A DNA stretch of 61,640 nt, counting the filler. It is 6 parts of 6 records of this genome, joined end to end, with 100 filler letters (N's around TTAATTAATTAA, not from the genome) between each part and the next. Parts side by side here need not be neighbours in the genome. Positions count along the whole stretch, not along the records: positions 47,832 to 61,640 come from SRR31147125_25344; 5 more parts are not named here. One strand, given 5' to 3'. Positions 52,334 to 61,640 of this stretch are shown one piece after another (the first letter of the stretch is position 1; the number at the start of each line of letters is the position of its first letter). The notes beneath the pieces were generated by a model. The model saw nothing but the letters and a program-made list of their open reading frames with translations. It had not been told where the DNA came from and ran no database searches. A program made the translations under genes and the position numbers.

Positions 52334-52435
52334 TAATGTAGGCCAATACACCCAAATACGGTTCTTTGAGTTGTAATAATGATAAAATATGACCTGAAAT
52401 GAATACGACATCGCGCCTTTTATTGGAGGTTGTTA

Positions 52436-54538
52436 ATGATTACAAGATTCAAAAGTTGTATACCTTTATTGTTCCTGATTGTTTTTATTTTTAATTCCAA
52501 TGGTATCGCTCAACTTAAAAGTCACCAAATTGGTCAACTATGGGTGACCATGTTTCCTGTTGGCACCTTACCCAATTATGCGCCGCTGCAAAATCAAATG
52601 ACCTATCCAGGCGGTGATTTCTTTTTTCATTCCCGGAAAAATATGGACAAAACAGCGGTGTGGATTGGAACGAAAAACTGGACGGATAAATTTGGTCAGT
52701 TTAAAACATTTTTTGTATCCGAAGGTGGCTACCTGAATTATGACGCTCAGGATGTTCTCGAAACTGTTTCCAATAAAAAATACGTCCGACAACGTCTGCC
52801 TGTTGTGAATGTCAATGATAACGTTGAACAACGTATTCTCGACAACACCAAAAGTAGTGTGCGAAGAACAACACTGGCATCAGATGAACAGATTATAACA
52901 AAATGGCGGACCAATGTTGGCATTGAGGTAACACGTAGTAGTTACGCCTTTTCAAATCCGACGCACGATGATTATGTTATCATTGAATATGTCTTTAAAA
53001 ATACCGGTAACGTCGACGGATCAAGTAGTATCGAGTTACCAGACCAAAATCTTGAGGGTTGTTATTTCGGCTTTTGGCGTAATTTTATTCCGTGCGGGGA
53101 CATAGGCCATGAACAAATGGAGGGACAGCATGATGAATGGTGTCATTATTATGGCAATCAGCCCGGTGATTCCTTAAGAGGACTCTGGTATGTTTATGAT
53201 GGTGATGGTAATCGACAAGCATTCGATGATATTGGTGATCCCTCTGAGGTTACCGGAGAGCTTTTGTCTCCACAATATGTGGCCTATGGTGTTTTACATG
53301 CAGATACAGATTATATGACAGAAACGGATGATCGGTCTCAACCATCCACCGTTAACTTTTGGCCGCGCCAACGTGTCCATTCTCATACAAAGGGTGATCC
53401 TGAACAGACACTGTATTATGATTTGAGCAGCAATATTCAAAGTGGCGGATCAGACACAGGAGAATATCCAGATCCGTATGATACGCAAATACAGAATCCG
53501 GACCTGCTTATGTCTTTCGGTCCATATGATTTACCTTTTGGTGAAGAAATCCGGATCGTTTTGTTCGAAGCTGTTGGTTCTATAAGCCGGGCAGAAGCAC
53601 TTACTGCTGGACGAAATTTAAAAGATGGGACCCTGGAATGGAATGGACTGTATGATGATGATGCTAAAAATGCTCTTGTTGCCACTGGAAGAGATTCCCT
53701 GTTTCAAGCTGCTTCTCGTGCGGAATGGGTGTGGGAAAATGGATACGAAGCTGTCCCGGATGCGCCCGAAGCACCAAACCTTCGAATTAATGCCGGCCCG
53801 GGTAAGGTTGAACTGGGATGGTATTATGGCAATTATGGCACTCATGATGTCACCCCACCCAAGCCAGATGTTGATACCGGGGTCGATGATTTTTCAGGTT
53901 ATAGAGTCTATCGGGCTGAAGAAACATATACAAATCCTTACAAGCTGATCTTTGAATGTGGAGGTCAGACAGGTGTGCCGGTGATAAATACCTATACCGA
54001 CAGGGATGTCAGCCGCGGTAAGAGTTATTTTTATTATGTCACAGCTTTTGATGATGGTTCAGAAAACTTTAGTGAATTGTCTTTTGGTAAATCGATAGAA
54101 TCCAGTCATTTTTCCAATCGTAACTACCAATTTGGAGCGATTCCTTTTCAAGGTGCCTATACACGACTTGATTCCATATATGTGGTCCCAAATCCCTTTC
54201 ATGCCCAGGGTCTGGAATATGGAGGGACGCTCGTTGAAGATTTTATGATTGAACCGGATATTGGTGCCAGAATTGAGGATAGAATTACGTTCGTGGGATT
54301 ACCGGCCAGGGCAATCATACGTGTTTTTACAGCTCATGGTGATTTGGTCGCAATGCTGGAGCACCCGGATCCTTATAATCCTCGTTCTGTGCCGGAATCT
54401 GCTGATGAGATGTGGTTTCAGGTATCGGATAGTTTTCAAACCATTAAAAGTGGTGTATACTTTTTTCATGTTGAAGGCTGGGATCGTGATGATAATTTTC
54501 TGGGTACCGCAACTGGCAAATTTATTGTAATTCGATAA
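52436..54538 (+). CDS. Secreted protein with FN3-like domain and C-terminal sorting-like domain
   Basis: Signal peptide; DFSGYRVYR...YTD..V..G..Y.YYVTAFD; YVVPNPF...ITF.GLP....IRVFT..G.LV...SGVYFFHV...GKFIVIR. Confidence 0.8.
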   Translation: MITRFKSCIPLLFLIVFIFNSNGIAQLKSHQIGQLWVTMFPVGTLPNYAPLQNQMTYPGGDFFFHSRKNMDKTAVWIGTKNWTDKFGQFKTFFVSEGGYLNYDAQDVLETVSNKKYVRQRLPVVNVNDNVEQRILDNTKSSVRRTTLASDEQIITKWRTNVGIEVTRSSYAFSNPTHDDYVIIEYVFKNTGNVDGSSSIELPDQNLEGCYFGFWRNFIPCGDIGHEQMEGQHDEWCHYYGNQPGDSLRGLWYVYDGDGNRQAFDDIGDPSEVTGELLSPQYVAYGVLHADTDYMTETDDRSQPSTVNFWPRQRVHSHTKGDPEQTLYYDLSSNIQSGGSDTGEYPDPYDTQIQNPDLLMSFGPYDLPFGEEIRIVLFEAVGSISRAEALTAGRNLKDGTLEWNGLYDDDAKNALVATGRDSLFQAASRAEWVWENGYEAVPDAPEAPNLRINAGPGKVELGWYYGNYGTHDVTPPKPDVDTGVDDFSGYRVYRAEETYTNPYKLIFECGGQTGVPVINTYTDRDVSRGKSYFYYVTAFDDGSENFSELSFGKSIESSHFSNRNYQFGAIPFQGAYTRLDSIYVVPNPFHAQGLEYGGTLVEDFMIEPDIGARIEDRITFVGLPARAIIRVFTAHGDLVAMLEHPDPYNPRSVPESADEMWFQVSDSFQTIKSGVYFFHVEGWDRDDNFLGTATGKFIVIR

Positions 54539-54550
54539 GTGGAGAAATGA

Positions 54551-55594
54551 ATGAGACGAAAATATAGCTTTTTGTTAAAAACCAGTTTTATTTTGTTGAT
54601 ACTGCTAATCAGCAGCGCATGGGCACGAAAGAATAAAGTGGCTCAAAGCGGTATGTCTTATCTTGGCATCAGTATGGGCGCCAGAGAAACGGCTATGGGA
54701 GATGCCGCCACTGCCAGTGTCAAGGGAATTCAGGGATCCTGGCATAATCCGGCTGTACTCGCAGATATCGAATCTTTCGAATTTGTTCTGAATCAGGTCG
54801 ACTGGTTGGTGGATACGAAATTGTATGGCATAGCCGGTGCCGTCTCTTTCAATAATTGGGGTGTATTTGGTATTGATTTGACTTATATGGATTTTGGTGA
54901 GATCATGGGCACCCGGAGGGTTGACAAATCCATTGATCCACGTGGATTTCAATTCACCGGTGAAATTAATGTTGAAGATTACGCCATTGGTTTTTCCTAT
55001 GCACGACGGATAAATGACAAGTTTTCACTTGGATTTAAAGTGAAACGCCTGCATGAAGACCTTGGACGGGCACGATATGTCACCGATGAATATGATGATC
55101 CGGAAACAGGTGAAAAGGTCCGTGTATATGATGAAAAGGAGTGGGAATTAAATGATTGGGGCCTCGATTTTGGAACAGTATATGATATTGGCTGGAAAAG
55201 TCTGACGATTGCCATGTCCATGCAAAATTTTTCTTATGATATGAAATACTGGTATGAAGAATTCCAAACACCCATGACTTTACGAATGGGCATGTCCATG
55301 AATATGATGGAAGTCTGGAATGAAGATATTGACAATATAGACCTACTTCTTGCAGTTGATGCGTTACATCCAAATGACCATACTGAAAGAATTCATTTAG
55401 GTTCGGAACTGGTTGTTATGGACCGATTCGCCATACGTGGTGGCTATAAATTTAACCACGATATTGAATCCATCACATTTGGTGTTGGTGTCAATTTTGA
55501 TTATGGTGGTGTTATAGGCTATATTGACTATGCATATGGAGCAGCCGAGTATTTTAAAGATATTAATCGATTTTCTCTTGGATTTTCCTTTTAA
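54551..55594 (+). CDS. PorV/PorQ family outer-membrane beta-barrel
   Basis: G..YL.I..GAR..AMG.A, WHNPA.LA, D.G..Y, RGGY, C-terminal RFSLGFSF. Confidence 0.88.
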   Translation: MRRKYSFLLKTSFILLILLISSAWARKNKVAQSGMSYLGISMGARETAMGDAATASVKGIQGSWHNPAVLADIESFEFVLNQVDWLVDTKLYGIAGAVSFNNWGVFGIDLTYMDFGEIMGTRRVDKSIDPRGFQFTGEINVEDYAIGFSYARRINDKFSLGFKVKRLHEDLGRARYVTDEYDDPETGEKVRVYDEKEWELNDWGLDFGTVYDIGWKSLTIAMSMQNFSYDMKYWYEEFQTPMTLRMGMSMNMMEVWNEDIDNIDLLLAVDALHPNDHTERIHLGSELVVMDRFAIRGGYKFNHDIESITFGVGVNFDYGGVIGYIDYAYGAAEYFKDINRFSLGFSF

Positions 55595-55654
55595 AATTGA
55601 AATTACATAATTCATTACTAGATTCATCAACAACTTTTTACTCAGGAGGGTGTT

Positions 55655-56785
55655 ATGAAAAACATGCTACATTACCTGTTCATCATTCTATTTATTCTTG
55701 TGATGCCAATCTCATTGCTGGCTCAAGATGAGAACCCTGTCCTTTGGCAGGATAATTTTGATGATGAAGATCCAACGGCATTTAAAAATGTTGGCTGGTT
55801 TTATTATGGGGAGGAAGATGGTCTTGTAGGTTCTGTTGTTGAACAACGTGCCGGCGAGCTTTACCTGAAAGAAGGCTCTTTTTCAGTTATCGGTGCTGTT
55901 GTAGCTGGCACTAATGGTGTACCTGAAATTGTTTTAGATGATGATGGCGATCCAACTGATGCGACAAAAGAAGCAGTCAAGCAAAATAACTATAGTAGTC
56001 CAAACCAGGTATTGACATTTCAGTTTAATAATACCAAGAATAATGGCTCATTCTTCATTGTGAGTACACGAATGACCATTGATGATGATAGCCTTGATTC
56101 CGATCCTACAGAATCTGCTGGTTATGTGCTATTCGTGAGCCCATTACAGGGCATGGTAGGTATCGGCAATTATCCTGCTGAAGAATTTAAACTTTTGGAT
56201 CCAACAGGTTATAATTATTTAGCACCATTGGCATCGTTTCCATTTGAACTTAATGTCTACTATTGGGCCAAGTTGTACCTGAATGAAGGCGATATGAAAG
56301 TCAAATTCTGGGAAGGGGATTTGTCAGATGAACCTGAGGAATGGCTTATTGAGGCCGTTGATCCGGAACCACGAGTGACGGGTCAGTTTACCTATTTTGG
56401 CCTTTTTAATCCGGATCCGAATGCTACGGATGAGATCTATATAGATAATGTCACTATGCATGGCATTGGGGCTACGGCTGTTGCCGGAACACCAACCACT
56501 GTGCCGGTTGAATTCGCACTCAATCAGAATTTTCCGAATCCATTTAATCCAACAACGGACATCAGTTACAATCTTGCAAAAAACAGCCATGTCAATCTTT
56601 CTGTTTACAATGCGAATGGTCAAAAGGTTGTTGATTTAGTGAATGCCAGTCAATCTCAGGGTCTACATCGGATTACATGGAATGGTAAAAACTCTCGTGG
56701 TCAGCAAATGACCAGTGGTGTCTATTTTGTCAGAATGGAAGCAGAGGGATTTTCACAAACAATAAAAACGATTCTTATGAAATAA
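55655..56785 (+). CDS. Secreted beta-rich protein with C-terminal FlgD-Ig/T9SS-like sorting domain
   Basis: Signal peptide; FAL.QNFPNPFNPTT.I.Y...GQKV..LV...WNG....G....SGVYF...K.ILMK. Confidence 0.85.
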   Translation: MKNMLHYLFIILFILVMPISLLAQDENPVLWQDNFDDEDPTAFKNVGWFYYGEEDGLVGSVVEQRAGELYLKEGSFSVIGAVVAGTNGVPEIVLDDDGDPTDATKEAVKQNNYSSPNQVLTFQFNNTKNNGSFFIVSTRMTIDDDSLDSDPTESAGYVLFVSPLQGMVGIGNYPAEEFKLLDPTGYNYLAPLASFPFELNVYYWAKLYLNEGDMKVKFWEGDLSDEPEEWLIEAVDPEPRVTGQFTYFGLFNPDPNATDEIYIDNVTMHGIGATAVAGTPTTVPVEFALNQNFPNPFNPTTDISYNLAKNSHVNLSVYNANGQKVVDLVNASQSQGLHRITWNGKNSRGQQMTSGVYFVRMEAEGFSQTIKTILMK

Positions 56786-56834
56786 CATTTTATTGCTAAA
56801 AAGTAGTACTGCAATTAATACACGGTGGGTACTG

Positions 56835-56870
56835 AAGGGGCCATTCGAGGAATTACTGAATGGCCCTTTT
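56835..56870. terminator. Probable bidirectional terminator
   Basis: AAGGGGCCATTC...GAATGGCCCTTT between convergent genes. Confidence 0.7.
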
Positions 56871-56887
56871 AAATTATATTAAAATTA

Positions 56888-58245
56888 TTACAAGATACCA
56901 TCTTTATTCATAACAAACATTCTCGTACTTTTCGAGGCAAGTCCACCTGTAGGATCTGGGTAATTTAGATCAATGTAAAAAGCTTTATACCCCTGTTCCG
57001 GAACGTCTACTGTTTTTTGTATGTTTTCTTCACCTTTTTGAGCACATTCCTGTGAAATCCACTTTTCATTGCGAAAGTCGCGGTCCGTGGAATTACTTGT
57101 CCAAATCAGAGCCTTCTCTAACGAAATATCTGCTTTAATATGGATGGTTACACTTTTATTTTTCTTTTCTAAGGTATAATCACATTTGGGATATTTTTTA
57201 TGTAGAATTGTTGTGGAAAAAAAGGCATTCAGGGCTTTACCTGCTTGTTTCCCGTCATCTAAATCATGTCCCGCATTCGGTACATAATGAAGATAGTTTT
57301 CACCAGGGATGTCATTTATATAGTGCTTTACCGCATCCACCGGCCAATATTCATCGTTCGCACCGATAAAGATCATTTTGGGCATAGTCATATTTTCACG
57401 ATAGGAATATGGATCGATCATGCTGGTAAGTTCGATCCCACCAGGTGTTTTTATATCCTCAGTAATTCCCAGATTAACATAATCAATTATTTCAGGACTG
57501 TAATCTCCCCAAACTTTAACCTGGTAATCCATTTGTACAGGCATATTCAGGACATCGATGACCATTGGAGCGATGGCGACTACTCGGGGATCGTGAGCGC
57601 CTGTGAGCCAGCTTGTCCAACCTCTTTTGGAAGCACCGGAAACAACAAATTCTTGAATCTCTATGTTTAGATGATCCTTGCCAAATTCTTGTACCGCATC
57701 CATGGCTTTTATCGCGCTCTTTGTCATTGGAAACAAAAGCGGCCAGGTACAATCTTTCGAGTTTTGGTATTTATGCAGTGTATAAGAGATTATTTCGTCC
57801 TCATACTTGTCTCCAAAGAGCGGTTGATTTGGCACCTGGTGAATAATGGCAACAATGGCGTTATTTTTTTTGGATATATTTTTCATCATTGAAAATGTAT
57901 CATTATGAGGATCCCGGTATTTCGGTTTTCCATCTTTATTACGTCCACCTGTTATAAATAAAAGAGCGTCCCGACTTTTTATCTCTTTAGGGACAATGAT
58001 TGCAAGTTGATGATTCCAGATAATATCGCGCCAATTTTGTGACGTGAGCTCTAAATTGTAAATGGTTAAATCCTTCTCTGCAAATTTATCAGCTACTTTC
58101 CATGCAAAGACAGGTTCCTTTTTCGCAAGATAGGACTTTAACGCATTTTGAGGTGTGACATTTTCTTTTTGACAGGCCGGAAGATTAAGGAAAAAAAGAG
58201 GACGACCATGATGTAGATGAATCCATAAGTGGACTTTTTGTTCAT
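56888..58245 (-). CDS. PhoPQ-activated pathogenicity-related protein PqaA family (alpha/beta hydrolase), probable lipoprotein; frameshift in the T7 run at 58191-58197
   Basis: LTSQ.W, VPNQPL, ED.II, PM.KS...AMD, GASKRGWT.W, IDPYSY, PNAGH; restored N-terminus MNKKSTYGFIYIMVVLFFFLNLPA-C. Confidence 0.85.
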
Positions 58246-59835
58246 GTGTCAATTCCTTTCTTTTTTAGGGTAGTAACAAAATGAAATGCCAGTTATAATT
58301 GAATAAAATAGAAATTATATTTGAGTTTTGGGGATTTCTTGCGGCAAGAATACAAGCCCCGCAGTTCCTCTGGAATATAAATCGCCTTACAGAGATGTAA
58401 ACATGTCAATGTTGATGAGGACTATTTTTGTATAGTACAACTATTTTACTGATTTTTTCCTTTATAATAAAGATACTTATTTAATTTATAAATACAAGAA
58501 ATAGAAAACCTGGATAAATGAAATATGAATATTGCAAGGTTGCAATTTATTTATACAGAAATTCACGAGTTTGAGGAAGCTGATTATTCAGGCCATGGGT
58601 AAAGAGGATGTGATGCAATCGGGATTGTCCATACCTAAATTCGGCTGCAGAGCTCTTTAAAAGAGCAGTCATTATCGCTGTTGATAAAGGAATATTCAAA
58701 AGGACTCATTTTTTACCAGAAATGCAGCTTGTAATTGATAAAATCTATCAATGTTTTCAAATGATAGAGTTCAGGAATATGATCTTCACCTTTTGAATTT
58801 CCCGAGATGTAAGCTATATCAAATCCCTGACGTGTAATACTTTTCGCGGTAGTCTTTTTGTATATGTACGATATTTTCAGATTTTTCTCCAAACTGTATG
58901 ATATCACCATCCCGGAACGTGAAAATAAAAGCGGCATCCGGATCCGCTTTGTGCATCATCTGCACAAGATTTATAAATGCCGCTTTCATGGAGATTACCC
59001 TTCAAAAAAACTGGATTCCGTGTAAAATAAAAGTGCCCCAAATGAATAGCAAATTTTACAGGTAAAAAGTTTTTTAATTTCAAGGCTTGAATATTTAGCG
59101 CAATATCGAGAATATAGTTTGACTTTTTCCTTTTTCCTTTTTATAATAATCTTACTGGATGATAGACAAATTTCTTATCGGGGTTGTAAATGACCATATC
59201 TTTTAAAAGTTCCTTGCATATTTATAACGATTGAGACCTCTCATAAATTTTGAGAGGACGTAAAATTGGCGAGAGATACATATAGCCTTCAGAAAATGGC
59301 CCGACAAAAAATATTACATTAACTATAATAATCATTATTATAGCAAGAATAATCATATTCATATTTAATGTAATTCGACCGCTTTTAACTACCATTTTAT
59401 TTTACTTACCATTATAACCAGCGTTATAAAACGAAAATAAGTTCTGCAACACACGCGTGTAATTGTTAAATCACTTGGGTCAATATACAAGCTATATATG
59501 CCCCTAATTATTTGGCATGAGGTCAGGTAATAGCCCTTTTCAATGAACTAAATATAGAAAGGAGGTCATAAAAAGATTGCACATAAGAATACTTCCGGGA
59601 TGGTATTTGGAAAAGGAAGAATTGTCTGTATTGGAGTGAGGCATGTCACGGCGTTTGAGAAAGAAAAATATCAATTGAAAAATCTGAAAGAGGTAGTAGT
59701 TCGTTTGTAACAGAACCATTTTATCCTGTCAGAAAATCAAATATAAATGCTTTCTATTAGACATGGAGATACTTTAGTTTGATCGTTAATTCTATCTTTG
59801 AAACCAATTGCTCAAATTAAATGAGGAGGTTCGCG

Positions 59836-61635
59836 ATGGATAAGCTCTTGAAAAAACTTGCAGGCATGTTGATTTTATTACTTTCTTCAACATTGTGTTT
59901 GGCGCAAGGCAACATTTTTGTTAAAGCGGCGCCAAGTGGCCCGGATGTATCTACTACTTCATCATCATTTGTTGATATCCCCGACCTGTCAATCACATTT
60001 ACTCAACACTATGCGGGAACTGTTTGCATAGGCATGGCAGCTGAGTGTGAAGTGTCAGCCGGAAAACGAATGTTTGTTCGTGCACTTGTCGATGGTCAAC
60101 CCGCCTACCCAAGTGATGTGGTATTCAAAAACGCAGGTTATACCGGAACACATTCATTTGTGTTTAACACCACACTGGATTTTGGGCCCCATACGGTAAC
60201 CATGCAATACCTGACAGACAGCGGCGGCACTGCATTTATGGGAGATCGAACTATGTGGGTGATGACTTCACCTCCAACTGGATTTACGATACCCGGACCA
60301 AGTGGACCAGACGTATCAACAACCAGTTCCCAATTTGTTGATATTCCTCATATGATCGAAATCTTCGACCTCCCTGAAAAGCAGGATGTAGTGGTGACAT
60401 TGACTGCTGAAGCGGAGACGTCAAATAACAAACGCATGTTTGTACGAGCTCTCATCGATGGCCAGCCATTACTTCCAAGTGATGTTGTTTTTGCCGTTGG
60501 CTCATTCATCGGCACCCATAGTATGACGTTTGTTGGTCACAACATTGATCCGGGACCACATGAAGTTAAAATGCAATGGTTGGTGGATTCGGGGGGAACC
60601 GCATTTATGGGAGATCGCACCATGACTGTTGGTCGCAGTTTTCAACCAGCATTGGATGAAAACCACGGCAGTGTTTTATCAAAAAGTGCACCCAGCGGAG
60701 GAGCTGTCACGACCTCCTCTTCAGCATTTTCAATTATCCCGGATATGGTGCTCAACACACATCTTCCACATAATAGTGCGGTTCGTGTGAGTTTAAGCTC
60801 TGAATGTTATACAACTTCATCCCACCGTATGTTTGTACAAGCTTTAATAGATGGTCAACCCATGCTGCCATCAGATGTGCTTTTAAAATTAGGCGCCTTT
60901 AATGGTACAAACGAGTTTACATTTGTTAAAGAAAATATTCCAGGCGGGCATCATGAAATTGTACTACAATGGCTAGTCGATGCTGGCGGTACAGCTTCTA
61001 TGGGTGATCGTAACATAACGCTAACAGCTTTTCCTGAACAATCAGTAATCGTCGATGTGCCGAATGGTGGTGAATCGTGGGAAGCCGGAACACCTCATAT
61101 CATCGTCTGGCGAACAGAGGGGATAGAAAACGATGTTCGTATTACCTACTCCACAGATGGAGGAAATGCCTTTATGCCAATTGTGGATTTCGCGCCCAAT
61201 ACCGGCACGTTTACGTGGGATGTACCCAATACACCATCTCCAACCTGTATTGTGCAAGTAGCTGATGCATTTGACCATACTCCCATTGACGAAAGCGATG
61301 CTCCGTTTACGATTTCAATGGCTACTGGCCTTATGCAAAATGAGTCGTCACATATAAGCAATTTCTATCTTTATCAAAACTACCCCGATCCCTTTAATCC
61401 CACAACAACGATTGCCTATGATCTGCCTCATGCCACAAATGTTCAACTGAATATCTATGATGCTCTGGGTAGAAAAATCAAAACACTCGTAAATAGTTAT
61501 CAAACTGCTGGACACAATAGTGTTACCTGGGATGCGACGAATCGCCTCGGCGAAAAGGTCACTACCGGACTTTATTTCTGCCGCATGCAAGCAGATGATT
61601 ATGTACATGTAATCAAACTGCTATTGACAAAATAA
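59836..61635 (+). CDS. Secreted protein: three tandem ~125-aa repeats, Ig-like PNGGE domain and FlgD-Ig/T9SS-like C-terminal domain
   Basis: GAGGAGG RBS; signal peptide; repeats start at 59929, 60295 and 60688; PNGGESW; QNYPDPFNPTT...KLLLTK. Confidence 0.85.
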   Translation: MDKLLKKLAGMLILLLSSTLCLAQGNIFVKAAPSGPDVSTTSSSFVDIPDLSITFTQHYAGTVCIGMAAECEVSAGKRMFVRALVDGQPAYPSDVVFKNAGYTGTHSFVFNTTLDFGPHTVTMQYLTDSGGTAFMGDRTMWVMTSPPTGFTIPGPSGPDVSTTSSQFVDIPHMIEIFDLPEKQDVVVTLTAEAETSNNKRMFVRALIDGQPLLPSDVVFAVGSFIGTHSMTFVGHNIDPGPHEVKMQWLVDSGGTAFMGDRTMTVGRSFQPALDENHGSVLSKSAPSGGAVTTSSSAFSIIPDMVLNTHLPHNSAVRVSLSSECYTTSSHRMFVQALIDGQPMLPSDVLLKLGAFNGTNEFTFVKENIPGGHHEIVLQWLVDAGGTASMGDRNITLTAFPEQSVIVDVPNGGESWEAGTPHIIVWRTEGIENDVRITYSTDGGNAFMPIVDFAPNTGTFTWDVPNTPSPTCIVQVADAFDHTPIDESDAPFTISMATGLMQNESSHISNFYLYQNYPDPFNPTTTIAYDLPHATNVQLNIYDALGRKIKTLVNSYQTAGHNSVTWDATNRLGEKVTTGLYFCRMQADDYVHVIKLLLTK

Positions 61636-61640
61636 AAAAA

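Noticed and set aside
59225-59300. Second c-di-GMP-I riboswitch (hairpin followed by GACGTAAAA)
   Set aside because: No GGCAAA, no GNRA tetraloop and no P1/P3 pairing.

Overview
This window is not one genome. It is six unrelated contigs joined by 100-nt N spacers, each carrying the six-frame-stop linker TTAATTAATTAA. Taxonomic labels below are inferred from gene content and composition. (1) 1-8487: AT-rich, Acholeplasmatales/Izemoplasmatales-like housekeeping genes (pheST, rlmN, rsgA, rpe, thiN, nucleotidase). (2) 8588-26424: mid-GC, probably spirochaete-like; mnmA, DUF1576, DUF1846, deoD, MATE and the main discovery. That locus is a c-di-GMP-I (GEMM) riboswitch with an expression platform and terminator, upstream of three tandem Spiroplasma/Haloplasma-type mreB paralogues with no mreCD, followed by a membrane-anchored degenerate GGDEF-EAL protein. 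It is a candidate c-di-GMP-controlled, wall-synthesis-independent actin-like cytoskeletal/motility module. (3) 26525-36345: Bacteroidota-like; two histidine kinases, a PadR/PspC envelope-stress operon and an Oar-like TonB receptor. (4) 36446-41982: a PrpR-like sigma54 activator among three decayed IS elements. (5) 42083-47731: gltB and partial gltD. (6) 47832-61640: KSB1/Calditrichota-like; a TonB receptor-CTD protein-PorV-CTD protein cassette, PqaA, and a secreted protein with three tandem beta-rich repeats. Five genes on three contigs are broken by single-base losses in A/T runs, most likely homopolymer sequencing errors.
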